NCBI GenBank assembly: GCA_012295275.1
Contig: CM022666.1
Span: 10,478,001 to 10,542,000 of the forward strand
Direction of reading: 5' to 3'
DNA from: Chrysomallon squamiferum
Lineage: Eukaryota; Animalia; Mollusca
DNA: 64,000 nt
Shown piece by piece: positions 57,426 through 64,000 of this stretch. Each line of letters starts with the position of its first letter. Position 1 is the first letter of the stretch. Made by a program: the position numbers and the translations under genes. The notes beneath the pieces are model-generated. The model ran no database searches. It worked only from the letters and a program-made list of their open reading frames with translations, and had not been told where the DNA came from.

Positions 57426-60227
57426 CAATAACAAGAACCAATAAATAAATTAATGTATGAATTTATAGTCAAATATACTCTGAACAATTGTTTATATTTA
57501 ACCCCTCAAAAAAAAAAAACACAGACACACACTGTATTTGAAAATCTTTTGAACAGAATATAATCACAAATAGATGAACCTGCATGCATGCATGCATGCA
57601 GATATGCACTCACACACATACACCTTTCTAGTCACAAACATTGTGCAAACGTAAACAATCACATCATGTAAAAAAACTTTTTGCAGGAGAAAATTAATTT
57701 GACCTTGGATTTTATAAAAAAAATGTACAAAAAAAATATACAAAATATAATAATAAAGGAATGAGTAATTAAGTAGTTAAATAGATTTCAGTTTAACTAA
57801 AAAGATTTTGATGTGGGGTGAAACAAGTTGAAATTCACCAAAAATAGAATTCTGACCTCAACTAGCCTCTGCTGACTCTAAAACAGGTACAGCTGTACTT
57901 GTTGGCAAAAAAGAATTTATAAAAAACAAAGGGGTTTAAAAAACAAAGCGATTAAAAAAATAAATAAATTAAACAACAAAAGCTGTACAACATTTTCAGT
58001 GATTCTAACAATAGAACAAATTTTCCACAAAGTTAAATAGCCTTGACAGTGGGAAAACAAAATAAAACATTTGACTGTTTTTTTAACATCTGATTTCTAA
58101 AAACAACCAAGACATGGTTACTTTTAAACAGTAAAGGTAACACATACACACACACAACTTTATATAATTTAAATTTTAAAAAATAATTTTCAATTATTCA
58201 ACAGTTGAAAACATTCTGGAATTTATAGTCCCTTTAATGTGTGTAGTGAATGTGTCAAATATATGGCCTGTATAACTAACATATGAGAAAGGAAACCTGA
58301 TGTTAACACTCCCTGTAATGCTTTTTTCAATTAAAGTCAAAATATGTTTTGTAAAACATACTTCATTGTCTGGAGTGGGAAATAATCTAGTGGGTGTAGT
58401 TAGAAGAGAAAACTGGAGATCATTCACATCTCTAAACTACAAAATGTGCCTTAATGATTAGTAATGGGGAACCTTTTTTGTTTGTTTGTGTGCTTTATTG
58501 ATTGAATTCAACATTTTTGGTTTTGTGTATCCTGTGGTCAGGCAAATAAACATCTGCATTGTGCTGATTTTTACAAACATGACATTTATGAAATATAAAA
58601 GATTTACAAGTTATTTAGCTAACAATAATTCTGTTTTTCAAAACAAACCTCATGTACAGAATAAATGGAAGCACCATTTTTTTTCAAATTTAGTTTTTTT
58701 GCACATGTGTTAAATGTTAAGATGTTTTCCTTTATTTTCTGTATTATAATTTTTTATTTTAAATGTCTGTACTTTTCTACTTTTCTTGTCTTTTGTATTA
58801 TAAATTCAGTCAGACCTAAGTTTTAAAGTTTAAACATGTTGGCATATTAATGTTCTCAGGTATCAAATATAATTTTTTTTTATCTTGTATATGAAATGAT
58901 ATGAGAAAAGAAATAAGCTGCGCCTCTTTTCTGTAACAGTAAGGCATATTTTACATGCACCTTTAAATTGCTGCTGTATAAATATTGGCATAAAAGACTT
59001 GAAGTTTTAAACTTAAATTTGACCAGGTAATATTATTATACAAGATTCTAACCAGATTCTTGTCTCCTTCAAAAGTGTATTTCCTTTGTCTCTGTATTCA
59101 TTATTAACAAAGATTTTGTTTATAAAAGTTATCCAGTTTCATCATTATGTGTCTAGCCTTTTTCTGTTCTGTTATCCTGTCATAGCTATTTGAAGTATAT
59201 AACTTACTAGATTGTAAACTTTTGTATAAAAGATGAAACAGGTATCTTAATTGTGCAGTGTGGGTGTATGTGGGATATTTTGAAATCCATCACTAAGAAT
59301 TTGTTGATAATTTTATTTCAATAATTTTATGTAATTAGTAATGTGGTCAGCTAATGCAATTTTTATGACAAATGTTTATCAGATTGTTTCTGATGCTCTT
59401 CTAAGCTTTTCTTATCTGAAAAATAATTCCTTGCATCAGGATTATTTAGATGAAATATTCTTCTTTGAGACAGAGAGAGAAAAAATGTAAGTGTGTGTGT
59501 GCATCAGCTCATCTTTACTGTATAATAAAAATAATAATAAAAAAAACAGTACTTCAAATTAAAATACAAATTTTATTTCAGCACAAGTGAAATAAAATAT
59601 TTCATAAATAAATTATGTTCAGTGATAATGAAAAAAATGACACCTTACATGCTGTCAGATTAACAAATGTCTAAGTACCACTAGGCAGTACATTATACAT
59701 TACTAATGGCAAGCAAATTACACAGTTACAGTTTATCTTGACAAAACAGTTACATCAGTGTTCTGGAAGGGGAAAGAAATTTGGTTAAAAAAAGAAATGT
59801 ATAGATCTAATGGAAATGGAACACTTTGCTGGTGTAAACTCATTTTTAGTTACTATTTAAGCTGTTTTTTTAGTAACTGATTGTGGTTTTTTTGTAACCA
59901 ATACATGTCAGTTGTAATTTGTTATAAATATATGTGGTAGTTGTTTATGTTGTATGTGTGTGAACTGTAGTTGTCTATTTTATATTAGCTGCAATTGTTT
60001 CATGCATATGAATTGTTAATTGTCTAAATGTCACAGCTTTTTGTACCATTTCTTTTTTTCTGTGCTATATATATATGTCAACTGTAACTGCTTTTTATTT
60101 ATCTTTTTGTAATTATCTGTCATATGCTCAGTCATCTGTGTTGTATTTGTCAGTTGTATCTCATTTGTGTTTATGTCTACTAGTAATGTTATCTTGACTA
60201 GTACAGCTTTGTAAAAATAGTATGCCC

Positions 60228-60495
60228 TATACATCTCATCTCAACACTTAACATAATGTTGTGCCTTACATATTCTGTTTCAACATTTGTCTACATAATT
60301 GTGTGTCTTACATATCTCATCTCAACACTTGTCTACATAATGGTGTTCCTTGCACATCTTGTCTCAACATTTGTTAACATTATGGTGTGCCTTACACAAC
60401 TTCTGTCAACATTTATCTATATAATGGTGTGCCTTACTCATCATTTCAACATTTGTCAACATAATGGTGTGCTTAATATGTCACAACTTTCAACC
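60228..60495. repeat. Degenerate minisatellite, about 42-bp unit, about 6 copies
   Basis: Unit approximately ACATATCTCATCTCAACATTTGTCTACATAATGGTGTGCCTT; the 14-aa periodicity of ORF 60256-60501 reflects it. Confidence 0.85.
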
Positions 60496-60858
60496 TACTA
60501 ATTAACTTTCAAATGACTAATAAAACATTTTCTGTGAGTTCAGATGCTGTAACACACTCAATATAAGGCATGCATGATTGTTAAGGCAGTATTTTAATTT
60601 ATTACACAACCCAGAAATATATATATATAATTATTTTTATTATTATTTTAAATTTGTTAATTGTAATTCCTGTTTTAAGAAATAAAATGTTACATGGCTA
60701 CCGACTGTGAAATTTGTTTTTATAAATAGTGTTAGTATTTTTTCTTCTTACATTTAATAATCATAATAAAAAATAAATGAAAAATAAACACAAGTATTAG
60801 AAAATTATATACTGTGTATTTTACTGGAAATTAGTTTTGATTAATTAAATGTGTGTGC

Positions 60859-60899
<41 letters not shown>

Positions 60900-61193
60900 A
60901 CTGTATGTTGATGTATACAACTGTTCATGCATGCTTAAAGGTGTATCCCTCTGAGTTCACTCAGAGAAATATATCCTCACATACTTGAACTATTAAATGT
61001 GGTAATATACATCAACATTTGTGCTGTGTTATTTAAAGCTATACATACATATGTGTGTAAAGACTCCGATAAGTATACATATACACACACACATATATAA
61101 GTACATATATAAATACATTTATTTTTAAATAAGAACTTGTGTATTTGTATGTATGTGTGTTGTGTTTATGTGTTGTTGTTGTATGTATGTATG

Positions 61194-61248
<55 letters not shown>

Positions 61249-64000
61249 GTAATGGTTGATATAAAAAGGTAAAGTGGATATTTCAAACTGTATGGTCAAT
61301 ATTCAAAGGTTAACATTTTCATAAATGTTGAACTTTTACATATGACAATTCTGACACATTTCAGAAAAAAGTTTCTGAATATTCATATCATTTCAATTTT
61401 CTATTTTATTTAAAAATAATAATAATAATAATAAAATATATCATTTAATTAGGCTTAGCACAAACACTTGCTATCTGGTAAAAAAAAAGATTATGTTTGA
61501 AGCTTTAAAGAAATAAAAAATCCAGATTCATAAAAGTTTTCAAAAGTAACTGTTTACAAGATGGTAATATGGTTCGTCTTGTATTAACAAATGATTTATA
61601 ATACTATATGAGAAAACATGCCCACTGATTCATGTCATGTACAAGAAAAGATTAACAAAAACAAACCCAGAAACCATTATCAAACATTAAAACTATATTT
61701 TTCTTTCTTTCTTTTCTTATTATATTTTTTCCCCTCTGAATTTGGAAAACGTCTTATCTACATGTAACTGAAGCATTAAAACTAAATTTTCAAACTTTAC
61801 ATTTTTGTGTTACTATGTCAAACAAAAACCCTTAAAGTTACAGATTAATTTCTCCAGAAAAAAAAAAAAATTGTGAGGGAAATGAATATGAAGGGAAATG
61901 AAAATGTTATCTCCCCTTTTCTGCAATATGACATTGATTGATAATTTTCATTTAAGATTTTTATTTAATAAAACTAATAAACATATTTGATTTCTGGTTG
62001 TACGAGTTTTGTATCTTTATGTAATGAAGAATGCCAAACTGAATTTGTCAGAAAATTCCATTATACTTGGTTTTCTTGATATTTCAAAACAATTCTAATC
62101 AACAGGTATATAATAATTTAGGATTATTAATGTTTTGTATCTATTTCAGTTTGATGTGAAACAGTAATGATATATGGACTGACATAACAATGCAAACAGA
62201 ATATAAAAATTAACAATCTGAAATGTACTGTTAAAATAATATCTACAGAATGCACAAAGCACTATTGAAGGCAGCAATTAAAAAATTTATACACAACAAG
62301 ATTTGAAAATAATGTTGAGTTTACTGCACAAAAACAAGACTTACCTCAGGAAAAAAAAAAATAAGAGAAAGAAAAAGATGGTATTAATTGAATTATATCA
62401 TATTTGCTCATGCATACTGGAAATAGAGGGATTAATGAAAGAAAAGGAAATGTTTAAAATATCAGAAAATGGTACAGATAAATATTGTTATCATAGCAGC
62501 TACCACATTTGATTAATGATAAGACAAATCTATATATACAGATAATTTCTATACTCAGACATGTAGAAGATGAAATAAACTTAGGCTATCTCTGTAATTT
62601 GTTGTGAGATTTCATAATTAATTCACACTATTGCTTCTGTCTAAGCTAAACCCATTTAATTTAATGAAATATAAACAGCATTTATCTTAATAATAAAAAA
62701 AATAATTTCAAAACATAAAAAAAAAAAAAAAATGAAATAATAAATAACAATAACAATAAATTTCAAAAATCACAATCACAAAAGTTACAAAAACGGATAA
62801 AAAAAGAGAAATGAGTTACTGCAAAAGAAAAATTATTAGCTTTAAATGTCAAAAAAAAGAAAAAAAAAATCACAAATAGGGGAAAAAAGAGAAAAGAAAT
62901 GTACATATGCAAATCTCAACCTCTTGAGATTCTATCATTTTACTTTCATTATAGCTGCTAACACAGTTCTATTCAGAATTATAAATCTGTATATACTTGA
63001 TCTGCATCAATATTTCATAATCATTATCAATTTATTTTAACTTTAGACCAATAAATCTCTAATGACACTGACTTCTAACATTTAGTTTAAAGAACAGTTA
63101 ATCATCAGTTACCATTAACATTATATTATGAAACTGGCACACTTTTTGAAATAAAACTTCCATGTGAAGACATAAAACAAATTGAGGACCATGATGCAAA
63201 CTTTACACTGGCATAAATAATGCCATTACAACAACAATCTTCCACTTGTACTGTGAAAGACACTGACCATGTATTTTTCTTAATACTGACATTTCAGAAA
63301 CAAACTAACAGCCCATTTAGAAAAATCATTTATATTACTCAAAAGTAATAATTAATTTATTCTGTCAATTACTGTTATGCTCTGTAATTAACATTATTTG
63401 CATTTTAAAATCAGTTATGTTCAGTAAAAATGAAAACTGTTCACAGCAGTTGAAATGTGTTTAATATGAAGTGCAGGTGGCAAAGATGAAAATGAAACAA
63501 ACACTGTTTTGAAGATTAAACAAGAAGAAATCCACTGATGTCATTGTAACAAATATTATACAGCTTGAATGAAGTTATATATAAGAAAAACAGAGTTACT
63601 AAACTTAGATGTATGAAATTTTTTATTCTTTATATATTAATATTAAATCAGCTATTTATAAGAGCTGTTATATGTATGAACATATCCATGGAAAACAGAT
63701 TTGTAGAGCTCCAACTTTAAACCAGCTGCTGTTTATTCAACAACTACAGCATGGACACTATTAGACAAATGAATTTCTTTAAGTTAAACAGAGTTATAGA
63801 ACTTAGATAATTTTCACTCAGACAGCACTGAGACAATCATAGTTGAACATGTTGCATATTGTTAATGAACTTATATAATAATCCATCCAGTTGTATGGAT
63901 AATACCCTATATCAATCCAAAAAACAGAACAAAAATTTCGAACTTATGCTGGACATCAAAACAGGAATAACTTTTAAGAAACTGCCATTAAGTTAGGTTA

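Noticed and set aside
60228-60501. Repeat array as a CRISPR array or a 14-aa repeat protein
   Set aside because: The units are contiguous and degenerate with no unique spacers, the context is eukaryotic with no cas genes, and indels break the frame.

Overview
AT-rich, intron-containing animal genomic DNA. A lophotrochozoan or mollusc origin is my guess from gene and repeat style and is not proven. I rebuilt four protein-coding genes by hand from GT-AG junctions with consistent reading frame. (1) A two-exon class A peptide-type GPCR on the minus strand (468 aa), whose likely start Met lies in an 11-nt coding exon the ORF track misses. (2) An 11-coding-exon poly(ADP-ribose) glycohydrolase (PARG)-like gene on the minus strand (about 1293 aa). 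(3) The RNA polymerase II largest subunit RPB1/POLR2A on the plus strand (24 coding exons, about 1963 aa, 52 CTD heptads), head-to-head with the PARG-like gene. (4) A BTB-BACK-Kelch gene on the minus strand (589 aa), convergent with RPB1. Repeats include two inverted non-autonomous Tigger/pogo copies, a decayed hAT transposase, two MITEs, a 42-bp minisatellite and many microsatellites. The most striking observation is the PARG-like protein. Its catalytic motifs are intact, but about 800 aa, mostly from one 2351-bp exon, are inserted inside the macrodomain. The insert carries about nine repeated AKAP-like amphipathic helices, clustered RRxS PKA-type sites and FFAT-like acidic motifs, suggesting a PARG-AKAP hybrid scaffold. 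That function is inferred from motifs only.
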